Source of the DNA: Polyangiaceae bacterium
Lineage (GTDB): Bacteria > Myxococcota_A > Polyangia > Polyangiales > Polyangiaceae
DNA length: 64,000 bases
Direction of reading: 5' to 3'
Assembly: GCA_044376115.1 (NCBI GenBank)
Contig: JBILLK010000011.1
Coordinates: 32,001 to 96,000, forward strand
The notes under the pieces were generated by a model. The model was given only the letters and a program-made list of their open reading frames with translations, searched no databases and was not told where the DNA came from. The translations under genes and the position numbers were made by a program. This document shows, one piece after another, positions 48,221-56,135 of the stretch; position 1 is the first letter of the stretch; each line of letters starts with the position of its first letter.

Positions 48221-49318
48221 ATGCTTAGCGTCACTCGAACCAATAAGACCTTTGCGCTGCTTTCCGCCCTCGTTGCCTTTACTGGCTGCGGAGACGGCTG
48301 CGGAGGCGATGAGTCGCCTCCGGAGGGTGGCGGCGGAACCGCGTCGGTTAGCACGACGGGAGGAGGCGGAATGGGCGGCTCGGGTGGCACCGGAGGCGTC
48401 GAGGAGGGAGGCGCTGGCGGCACCCTCATGTGCGAGTCGAACGAGGGTGTAACCTTCGCCCTTACCCAGCTCTCGTTTGGTGAAGGCCAGAACGGCCAGT
48501 GGAAGAACGTGGGCCGCAACCTGGACGGACTCGTCTCTGACGGCAACTCCACCGATGTCTGCCAACCCAACTCGGGCGGCAATCCCGATACCGCTTATCC
48601 CGATGGTGACGACGGTATCGACAACTCCTTCGGGAAGAACCTGCTGCCGATCATCCTCGGCCTTTCGCCGATGTGGCCTACCTCGGTCAACACCGCGCTG
48701 GACGAGGGCCGCTTCAACGCGATGCTGAAGGTCTACTGCCTGCCAGAGACCGGTAACGCCCAACTCATTACCAAGGTCTTCGGCGGTACCAATCTGGGCG
48801 CGACCCCCAAGTACGACGGAACCGATTTGTGGCCGGTCGCACCCGAAATTTTGGCGGACCCGATGGACCCCGAGTCCTCCACGCTCGTGTTCGAGAACAG
48901 CTCCGTCAGCGGCTCCACCTTCAACTCGGGAGCGGATCAGACCTTCATCCTCGCCATCCCAATGACGTACATGGGGCAGACCGCTTCGCTGAAGCTGACG
49001 TTGTACCACGCACAGATCACCATGGAGTTGTCGGAAGACCGCAAGAGCGCGACCGGCGGAGTCATTGGCGGTGTGCTCAACACGGAGGAGCTCATCGACC
49101 AGGTGAAGAAGGTCGTCTTCATGGCCGACCTTTGTGACGGGGCTACCTATCAATCTATCCTAACGGCAGTTCGGCAGACCTCCGACATCATGGCTGACGG
49201 CACGCAAGATCCAAGCAAGACCTGCGACGGCATCTCGTTCGGCGTCCATTTCGAGATGAACGAAGTTCAACTTGGCGACGTCGGCCCGGCGGCTCCCGCT
49301 GGTAACGCGTGCCCGTAG
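48221..49318 (+). CDS. Hypothetical lipoprotein
   Basis: FTGC lipobox, Gly-rich linker, G.NLDG..S...C...DG.DGIDNSFG, CD.IS.G. Confidence 0.85.
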   Translation: MLSVTRTNKTFALLSALVAFTGCGDGCGGDESPPEGGGGTASVSTTGGGGMGGSGGTGGVEEGGAGGTLMCESNEGVTFALTQLSFGEGQNGQWKNVGRNLDGLVSDGNSTDVCQPNSGGNPDTAYPDGDDGIDNSFGKNLLPIILGLSPMWPTSVNTALDEGRFNAMLKVYCLPETGNAQLITKVFGGTNLGATPKYDGTDLWPVAPEILADPMDPESSTLVFENSSVSGSTFNSGADQTFILAIPMTYMGQTASLKLTLYHAQITMELSEDRKSATGGVIGGVLNTEELIDQVKKVVFMADLCDGATYQSILTAVRQTSDIMADGTQDPSKTCDGISFGVHFEMNEVQLGDVGPAAPAGNACP

Positions 49319-49333
49319 CGTGCGTGCCAACCT

Positions 49334-49364
49334 GAGGGACGCAGGCGTTCTTGCGGCGTCCCTC
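49334..49364. terminator. Stem-loop between convergent genes
   Basis: GAGGGACGC (49334-49342) / GCGTCCCTC (49356-49364); no long U tract. Confidence 0.5.
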
Positions 49365-49410
49365 CGCGGGCCACTTTTCCAATCATGGTTGGGCCCGCTC
49401 AGGCCGGCGA

Positions 49411-50388
49411 TCAGTTGCCGTCGAAGTGATAGATAAAGGTCCCGTCGCGCTCTTCTACTTCGCTGACGCCCGCCGTCGCGTTGAACCCAAAGGGGAGCCC
49501 ATTCATGACTTGATCGTAAAAGGCAGTCATATGGGCTCCGCTTTGTCCGCCATGTAAGTAGTAGGCGTGGTTCACGTCGGAGGCGGTAAAGTCAACGTAA
49601 AGAGCGTTCGCAGCCAGCGGCTCGCCCTCCACGCTCTTGCCTAATCGAGCTCCGCCCAAAGCAGCCGCTGCCGTTAGTACGCTATCGCCAGCGTTGACGC
49701 TAACGTACAGCGTCTCCGCCAATGTGGCTTTGGCTACCCACGTCGCATGCCCGCTCCTCGCGGAGGCGGAAGACCCAATCATCGCCGTGTGAAACAGCGA
49801 GGAGGGCAGGGCCAGCGGGTCGTCGGAGAGGGCTTGCTCGAGCACCAGGCTACCCATGGAGTGTGTGATGAAGGTTAGGCGCAACTCATTGAACAATGCG
49901 GCATTCCGTGACTTGAAGTAGGCGAGCACGTGCAGCGTGTGCGCCAGCGACGCGCCAGCCGCGCGCGCCTCGTCTTCGGGAAAGCCCAGCGGGCAACCCA
50001 CGTCGGAGCCCGGCCAATTGAACATGATTGCGCCGGACGAATAGTCCGACTCCAGTTCCGGCATAGCCCCTGATAGCGACTTCTGCGGCTCGCCCCCACC
50101 GCCGCAACCACGGCCATGCACGTACAGAATGAGGTTGTCAGCTCCAGAGGCCATGGCGTGCACAAAGGCTTCGCCAGCTTCATCGATGAGGAACTCGCTG
50201 CCGTCGGTCGTGTACAGGCGCGAGTCGGAGAGGAGAGAGCCGGGGTCGGGGACGTTTGAAGTGCCGCCCTGTCCAGCTCCAGCCTCTCCACCGTTGCCTT
50301 CGGTGCCACCTGCACCGCCGGAGCTAGGGTCACCCGCCTGCCCGGATGAGCTGCTTACGCCGTTATTGCCGCCACTCGCTGAGGTCAC
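49411..50388 (-). CDS. Alpha/beta hydrolase (DUF900-like); signal peptide lies in another frame upstream
   Basis: LYVHG, FNWP, THSMG nucleophile elbow, D.VL, H.YY. Confidence 0.82.
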   Translation of the reverse strand: MTSASGGNNGVSSSSGQAGDPSSGGAGGTEGNGGEAGAGQGGTSNVPDPGSLLSDSRLYTTDGSEFLIDEAGEAFVHAMASGADNLILYVHGRGCGGGGEPQKSLSGAMPELESDYSSGAIMFNWPGSDVGCPLGFPEDEARAAGASLAHTLHVLAYFKSRNAALFNELRLTFITHSMGSLVLEQALSDDPLALPSSLFHTAMIGSSASARSGHATWVAKATLAETLYVSVNAGDSVLTAAAALGGARLGKSVEGEPLAANALYVDFTASDVNHAYYLHGGQSGAHMTAFYDQVMNGLPFGFNATAGVSEVEERDGTFIYHFDGN

Positions 50389-50492
50389 GCTGGGCCCGTC
50401 GACCCACTACCGCCTTGAGCCGCTGGCTGGTCCCCAGAGCAGGACATGAGCAAGACCGCCCCGAGACCGCAGGACCAGGCAATTCGCGACAT
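50385..50492 (-). pseudogene. Out-of-frame lipoprotein signal peptide segment of the hydrolase (MSRIAWSCGLGAVLLMSCSGDQPAAQGGSGSTGPA*)
   Basis: ATG 50492, LLMSC lipobox. One extra base between 50406 and 50388 would join it to the hydrolase frame. Confidence 0.65.
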
Positions 50493-50539
50493 GGCGGCGA
50501 GGTTACACGCGAGGAGGCGCCGTGCGAATGGTCGCGAGC

Positions 50540-52006
50540 TCAGGCGGGTACCCAGTCGTAATAGCGGTAGCCGAGGTCGACGCGCGCACGGCTCGATTCA
50601 GCACCTACGCGAGTGAGGGCGAACTCTCCCGCGGGCGTTCGGACGCTGGGCAGCGGTTGAGAGAGGGACGCAGGGGCGCCCTCGAGGGCCAATGGCCCAC
50701 GGTGCAGCTGTTCGTAGTCGGCGAGCGAGAGCGCCACGCGCGAGCCCCCGGCGGCCTCGGCACAAAGCTCCGACAGTACATGTGGCGTGTAGGCCTTCTC
50801 CGGGTCGACGAGTACGCCGCTGAAGACGCGTGCGCTGGCGCCGCTGCCATAGGAGAAGAATCCTACGCGGCTACCCGCCAATCGGTCGCGGTCGGCGGTC
50901 GATTCAAGCAAGCTGGCGAGCCCGAGGTACATCGAGCCGGAGTAGATGTTGCCAATGCGCTTGGCGAGCGTGAGCGACGGGGCAACTCGCGCGGCGAAGA
51001 ACTCCTGGAACTGCGCGCTCGCGGCGAGGGACTTCTCGAAGGAACGCTGAAGAGCTTGCGGGTCTCCCGCTTGACCCGCTTGATTGAGCAAAGGCTGAAG
51101 AAAGGGGAACTGTCCCGCGTCGGCGCGCCAAGCCTGTCCGACGATGCGCAAGGCCGCATACTCAGCCATGCGAGGGAAGGGCGCATGGAACAGCAGATGG
51201 TCAACGCGCTGATCCAACCGTCCGCCGCGAACGTCGGCGCCGCTGCGTGCGGCCTCGAGCGCCGAACGCTGCAGAAACAGCTGCGTCGCTTCGGCCATAC
51301 AGTCGAGATAAACGTCAATCGAGTATTTCCCATCTACGATAGCGGTGCTCATCCCGTTGGGCCGGAAGAAATCCCTTTCATCCCGCGTTATCGTCCCAGC
51401 GACGCGCGGGTCGAGGGTGCAAAGCCGAGGGTTCTCGCTAATCAACATAGCAACGGCACCTGCTCCTTGGGTGTACTCCCCGGGGCTGAGCAGCGGATAG
51501 CGCGATACGTCGGTGGCGATGACGAGCCCGTAGGGCTTCGTATTCTCACGTGCCCGGAACATATTGACCGTCGACTCGAGCGCGTACGTGGCGCCGATGC
51601 AGGCGAACTGAAACTGTGGTGCTCCAGCCTCTCGTAGGTCGACGCCAAATCGCCGTTCAAGCATGCCGAGCACATAGGCCGCAATCGATTTGGACTGATC
51701 CACCGTGGTCTCGGTACCAACCGCGATGGTGCCGATGTCGCGTGGGTCGATACCGGCCTGCAGTACCACCTTGACGGCTGCCATCGCGGCCAACGTGGCG
51801 CTGTCCTCATGGGCGTCGGGGATCGCCATCTCGACGACGCCTACGCCCTTCTGCACTTTACCTATCAATGCCTCGACGCTGGCTTCGCCCAGCGCGGCAG
51901 CACGCTTCGTCGCCCATTCTCCGACGAGGTCCACATATAAGCGCGGTACGTGGACGGCGATCGCATCAATGCCAACGCGCTGCTCGAACGAGGAAGGATG
52001 GTTCAT
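50540..52006 (-). CDS. mvaS: Hydroxymethylglutaryl-CoA synthase family protein
   Basis: GTET..DQSK, FACIGAT (catalytic Cys), GEYTQGAGAVA, DFFRP, DGKYS, FHAPF, GNIYSGS, SYGSG. Confidence 0.9.
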   Translation of the reverse strand: MNHPSSFEQRVGIDAIAVHVPRLYVDLVGEWATKRAAALGEASVEALIGKVQKGVGVVEMAIPDAHEDSATLAAMAAVKVVLQAGIDPRDIGTIAVGTETTVDQSKSIAAYVLGMLERRFGVDLREAGAPQFQFACIGATYALESTVNMFRARENTKPYGLVIATDVSRYPLLSPGEYTQGAGAVAMLISENPRLCTLDPRVAGTITRDERDFFRPNGMSTAIVDGKYSIDVYLDCMAEATQLFLQRSALEAARSGADVRGGRLDQRVDHLLFHAPFPRMAEYAALRIVGQAWRADAGQFPFLQPLLNQAGQAGDPQALQRSFEKSLAASAQFQEFFAARVAPSLTLAKRIGNIYSGSMYLGLASLLESTADRDRLAGSRVGFFSYGSGASARVFSGVLVDPEKAYTPHVLSELCAEAAGGSRVALSLADYEQLHRGPLALEGAPASLSQPLPSVRTPAGEFALTRVGAESSRARVDLGYRYYDWVPA

Positions 52007-52060
52007 GCGCTGCACCTTGGTCCAGACTCGCCCTGCGAACCAAGGCAAAAGGGCAACGCG

Positions 52061-52084
52061 ACCAACTAGTCATTGGTGATTTTA
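52061..52084 (-). promoter_or_regulatory. Candidate -10 box and operator upstream of HMG-CoA synthase
   Basis: TAAAAT on the minus strand (52084-52079), directly followed by palindrome ACCAA-N7-TTGGT (52061-52077) in an AT-rich patch. Confidence 0.45.
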
Positions 52085-52115
52085 TTAATGAATATCCCGC
52101 CGGTTGCGAGAGCGT

Positions 52116-52868
52116 TCAGGGCGCAGCGTCTGGCGCAATCCAGATCGTGCGCGCGAGCGGCTTCTGCGCGATCTGTTCGGTGATCTTGACGATCGCCGCG
52201 TTCTCGTCTGGGTCGATGCTCTTCAGCATCTGCCGGAGGGGACCTTCAGCCACCGCAGCGATGCTCATGACATCGAGCTTCCACTTGCCATTCTCGCGTT
52301 CAAAGCGGAAGCCCTGCTTGGGAGGCAACGTCTGGCCGCCCGCGCTCAATCCCAACTGCGCCGTATCCCCATTAATTTCGGAGCTGCCTGGCACGAGCGA
52401 CTGCGCCTCCTTACCAACCATCCCTTCGTTGACGGCATGGACGAAGAGGCCGCGTCCATCCATCTTGCGTAACATGGGTGGGTCGACCTTTGCTCGCAAG
52501 ACCAATACCTGCATACGGTCCAAGAGCGACTGCTTCCGCAGTTCGGCCTCCGGCATCGTCAGCGCCGACTTACGCGACCACTCGAAGTAGGCGATGGTCT
52601 TCTGCGCCGCTAGATCGGCGGCCTGGTCACCCCGCTTCTCTCCGATGGCTCTCTGATAGTCGAGAAAGGTCTGCTTGACCGCGGCTTGGTCCTGCTCGAG
52701 CGAGGGGCGCGGCTGCGAGCTCGGCAAAGCGCTCGGGGCCGCAGACGTCACCTTGCTTGACGATTTGGGCGAGGGCTCGCTCGAGATCACGCGCTCTCTG
52801 CTTTGGGTCCCGTCGCAAGCCAAAAGCAGAACAAGCAGCAGCGTTCCATGCCCAGGGAGTCTTTTCAT
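52116..52868 (-). CDS. Hypothetical lipoprotein (NTF2/DUF4878-like)
   Basis: LLLAC lipobox; I.GDTA...F.RENGKWKLD. Confidence 0.8.
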   Translation of the reverse strand: MKRLPGHGTLLLVLLLACDGTQSRERVISSEPSPKSSSKVTSAAPSALPSSQPRPSLEQDQAAVKQTFLDYQRAIGEKRGDQAADLAAQKTIAYFEWSRKSALTMPEAELRKQSLLDRMQVLVLRAKVDPPMLRKMDGRGLFVHAVNEGMVGKEAQSLVPGSSEINGDTAQLGLSAGGQTLPPKQGFRFERENGKWKLDVMSIAAVAEGPLRQMLKSIDPDENAAIVKITEQIAQKPLARTIWIAPDAAP

Positions 52869-52982
52869 TGCGTAGAAGTTATTCGTTAGGGGGGACGCGC
52901 CGCAACCAAGGTTGAACCTCGGCTAGCCGCGCGCGATTGGACGTGTCACCCTCCTACCAAAATAAATGGCTAGCAATGACTC

Positions 52983-53495
52983 GTGCCAAGTCGAAGGTTC
53001 CATGGCCTGCGGCCATTGTTAGTCGAAGAGGGCCCGAGTCATTCTGTTGCGACCACCGACCAGCCCCGCGTTCCTCGCGTAGTGGTTGACACCAACGTAC
53101 TGGTCTCGGCGCTTTTGGGGCCTGGACGAGTACCCGATCGGCTCTTGGCTCTGCTGAGCGAACGGAAGGTATCCCTCGGCTACGACGCTCGAATACGAGC
53201 TGAGTACGAGGAAGTAACGGCTCGACCAAAGTTCCGTTCGGTGCCGCCTGAGCGGCTCCAGCTGCTCTTGATGAAGCTCGCAAGTCTCGGCAGCGAGCTT
53301 TCGAACGTAGCGCCCTTCGTTGGCGTGCTCTCGGATGAGAGTGATCGCGCCTTCATTGAGGTCGCCATCGCTAGCCAGGCCGATCTGCTCATCACCGGGA
53401 ACGTCAAAGACTTTCCGCTGACCTGTGGTTTCTTGGTTTTGCCGCCCGCGAGCGCGCTGGCCCAGCTTTCGGATGGCTGGCCGTTGGGGCGGTAG
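52983..53495 (+). CDS. PIN domain nuclease, putative toxin (start uncertain)
   Basis: VVVDTNVLVSALL, EY.EV..RPKF, D.SD..F...A, LITGN.KDF. Confidence 0.9.
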   Translation: MPSRRFHGLRPLLVEEGPSHSVATTDQPRVPRVVVDTNVLVSALLGPGRVPDRLLALLSERKVSLGYDARIRAEYEEVTARPKFRSVPPERLQLLLMKLASLGSELSNVAPFVGVLSDESDRAFIEVAIASQADLLITGNVKDFPLTCGFLVLPPASALAQLSDGWPLGR

Positions 53496-53500
53496 CTCTG

Positions 53501-54268
53501 CTACTGCTCTATCACGATCTCGCGTATCAACGTCGCATAGGCCTCTTTCATCGGTAGCTCCATATCGACGAAGAACTCTTTGCGCTCGCTCGTCACGAGT
53601 TCCCCCGTCTTGGGGTTTTGCCCCTCGATCGCAACGTTGCGTAGCCGCACCGCGATGCCACGCTTTTGCCAGTTCGGTATGTCATTGAAGTTCCGTCCGT
53701 GACGAAACAGGAGCTCGTTGCGCTCGGAGACCGATACGCCCTGGAGCGCGAGCGTCGCTTCGTGGTCGCTCCGGCCTTGCTCGCGGAGGAGCCAATAGCA
53801 GTGACCGTTGAGCGCGTTGCGATGCGCGTCCTCGTGTCGCCAGCGAAAGTAGTCCACCACGTCCTCGCTACGCGGGAATTGGCTGATACGCGCGTCAAAT
53901 GCGCCAAGCATACCGAGCTCGAGCGAGAACTTGGCGCTGGCCTCTCCGGCCAATACCGACAGGTACTTACGCAGCTTGCGGCCGAACAAGCTCTCGTTCT
54001 GCCGAAATAGCAACGAGAGCTCGTCGCTCTGCGTGTACCCATAGAGCACGGAGAAGCCGCAGTCCTTCGCCAGGTATTGCAGCGTCGCCACCATACAGTC
54101 CCGGAAGCGGGCATCGTATGGCGCTTCAAACGCGTTGCTGCCGCGGGTCAGGCGCGAAAAGGAGCGCCCATCGATCCTCGCCACCATATGCATCCCGGGC
54201 AATACGCAATGGTCATGCGCGGTCTCGTAGACGCGCATTCGCCGGTCAAGATGTTCAAAGCTGCTCAC
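53501..54268 (-). CDS. Thg1-like protein (TLP), tRNA(His) guanylyltransferase-family 3'-5' polymerase
   Basis: RM..YE, ARIDGRSF..LT, YTQSDE.S, FGR..RK, FDAR, DYF.WR..DA.RN, N.N..P.W.KRG. Confidence 0.95.
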   Translation of the reverse strand: MSSFEHLDRRMRVYETAHDHCVLPGMHMVARIDGRSFSRLTRGSNAFEAPYDARFRDCMVATLQYLAKDCGFSVLYGYTQSDELSLLFRQNESLFGRKLRKYLSVLAGEASAKFSLELGMLGAFDARISQFPRSEDVVDYFRWRHEDAHRNALNGHCYWLLREQGRSDHEATLALQGVSVSERNELLFRHGRNFNDIPNWQKRGIAVRLRNVAIEGQNPKTGELVTSERKEFFVDMELPMKEAYATLIREIVIEQ

Positions 54269-54389
54269 GTGGCTCTAGGTTAACAAGTTCCACTGACGCT
54301 TGCTGGCTTGGCGCACCCAAGCCCAGGCCAGCGGGCCGCGTGCTATCTACGACATCCGCCTTGAGCTGAAGTTGTGATACCTCCGGACC

Positions 54390-55007
54390 ATGGGACGAGA
54401 TGTCGAACTCGAGTGCTTGTGCGGTGCTGTCCACGGTTTGGCTCGTGATGTGTCTTCAAAGACAGCCAATCGCGTGATTTGCCTGTGTGGGGATTGCCAA
54501 ACCTTCGCGCACTATCTAGGGCGCGCCGACTTGCTCGATCGTGACGGTGGTTCGGACGTCATCCAGCTCGCGCCCAGCTCAATCACGTTCGACCGCGGGA
54601 CCGAGAAGATCGCTTGCGTTCGACTCGGTCCGAAGGGGCCTTATCGCTGGTACGCGAGCTGCTGCAAAACGCCGCTGGGCAACACGGTCAAACCGTCGCT
54701 GCCATTCGTAGGCATCCTGCCCGAGCTCTTCCGTGAGGCCCGCGACCCCGAGCGGCGAGACGAACTGTTTGGGCCACCGCGGGCCCGTATCAACGGTAAG
54801 AGCGCTATCGGGACTCCGCCGCCCGGGTCGACCGACCGCAACCTAGGCTTCTTGATGCACACGGTGTTTACGATCCTCGGTTGGAAGCTCCGCGGACGTG
54901 CCTTTCCCCATCCCTATTTCGATCGCGCGAGCGAGCCGCTCTATCCAGTGAAGATCCTCACGCGAGAAGAACGCGAGCAGGCTCGGTCAAAGCGCGGTAC
55001 TACGTAG
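54390..55007 (+). CDS. DUF6151/GFA-like Zn-binding protein
   Basis: C.CG.V.G, C.C.DCQ.FA, RWYASCC.TPLGNT. Confidence 0.85.
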   Translation: MGRDVELECLCGAVHGLARDVSSKTANRVICLCGDCQTFAHYLGRADLLDRDGGSDVIQLAPSSITFDRGTEKIACVRLGPKGPYRWYASCCKTPLGNTVKPSLPFVGILPELFREARDPERRDELFGPPRARINGKSAIGTPPPGSTDRNLGFLMHTVFTILGWKLRGRAFPHPYFDRASEPLYPVKILTREEREQARSKRGTT

Positions 55008-55112
55008 TCTACTCGCTGCGTCGTCTCAAGCGCGCAGCCATCGCAGGCAACCTAGCCGTTTGGGTTCACGTTTGCGAGCGTGCCCCCGCGCCGCCAGGAA
55101 CTACATAAACGG

Positions 55113-55988
55113 TTAGCGCTGGCAGATAGGACAATAGCAGCTCGACCGAGTTGCGATGACGATGCGCTTGATGCGCGCTCCGCACTCCTTGCAGTCTTCG
55201 CCCTCGCGGCCATACACACGACGCTCGTCCTGGTAGCCGCCATCCTTCCCATCGGGGCGAAGGTAGTCGCTGATGCTGGAGCCGCCCGTCTCGATGCTGC
55301 GTGTCAGCACTTGGCGAACTCCGATCGCGATGGCGTCCCATTCTGCTCGCGTAACCTTGTGCGCTGCTCGCGCTGGGCGCACTCGCGCGATGGAGAGCGC
55401 CTCATCTGCGTAGATATTGCCGACCCCGGCCAAGACCCCTTGGTCCAAGAGCAGGGCTTTGACCGGTGTTTTCCGTTTGGAGCCGGCCTGACGCAGGGTC
55501 TGCCCATCGATCGAAAGCGCGTCGGGACCTAGCTTCTCAAGCCGAGGATCGGTTTCATCCACCCCGAGCAGGCGCACCTTTCCGAACTTGCGTACGTCCC
55601 GAAAGAACACCGACGGGCCTCGGTCCTCGAAATGAAAGCACAGGTGGGTATGCACATCAGGCTCGAACACGCTTTGTGCTTCGGGTGTAAGCGTGGCCCG
55701 CGCGGTCGCTGAGAGCAGTCTGGGACTCAGGGCGTTGCTCGAGAACAACTGGCCCGTCATCCCCAGGTGCAACAGCAGGCGTTGCTGGCTATCGAGCGTT
55801 CCCAAGAGGTACTTCCCAACCCTCGCCAGGCTGTGAATCGTCCGGCCGAGCAGGGCCTGCCGCAGCGTGGTCGGTGGAGTGAGGAAGAAGTAGCTTGGCT
55901 TGCTGACCACGACCTCACGCAGCGGGCGTCCGCAAAGCAGCGGCTCAATCACTCTGCGCGTCACTTCGACCTCGGGCAGCTCCGGCAT
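55113..55988 (-). CDS. mutM: Formamidopyrimidine-DNA glycosylase
   Basis: N-terminal MPELPEVE, HLGMTG, D.RKFG, LLDQ...AG.GNIYADE, C-terminal Zn finger CKECG...CPICQ. Confidence 0.97.
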   Translation of the reverse strand: MPELPEVEVTRRVIEPLLCGRPLREVVVSKPSYFFLTPPTTLRQALLGRTIHSLARVGKYLLGTLDSQQRLLLHLGMTGQLFSSNALSPRLLSATARATLTPEAQSVFEPDVHTHLCFHFEDRGPSVFFRDVRKFGKVRLLGVDETDPRLEKLGPDALSIDGQTLRQAGSKRKTPVKALLLDQGVLAGVGNIYADEALSIARVRPARAAHKVTRAEWDAIAIGVRQVLTRSIETGGSSISDYLRPDGKDGGYQDERRVYGREGEDCKECGARIKRIVIATRSSCYCPICQR

Positions 55989-56135
55989 CCGATCAAGCTG
56001 CCTCTGCTTGGCCGCGATGGCCACTGTTTCGGTAGCTTCGGACGCGAGATCGATGGGGTCAGCCTTTTCGGCGCTTGAGTAGTCGCTCGCGTTGTTTGTC
56101 TGTCAGGCTATCGCTGTGCAACGTCGTCAGTCGGG

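Noticed and set aside
52966..53089. Small ORFs (18 and 37 aa) as PIN antitoxin
   Set aside because: No RHH, AbrB or Phd-like pattern, and both overlap the PIN frame.
53501..54268. Functional link between the Thg1-like gene and the his operon/His leader
   Set aside because: They are 26 kb apart with unrelated genes between; no tRNA-His is seen; likely coincidence.
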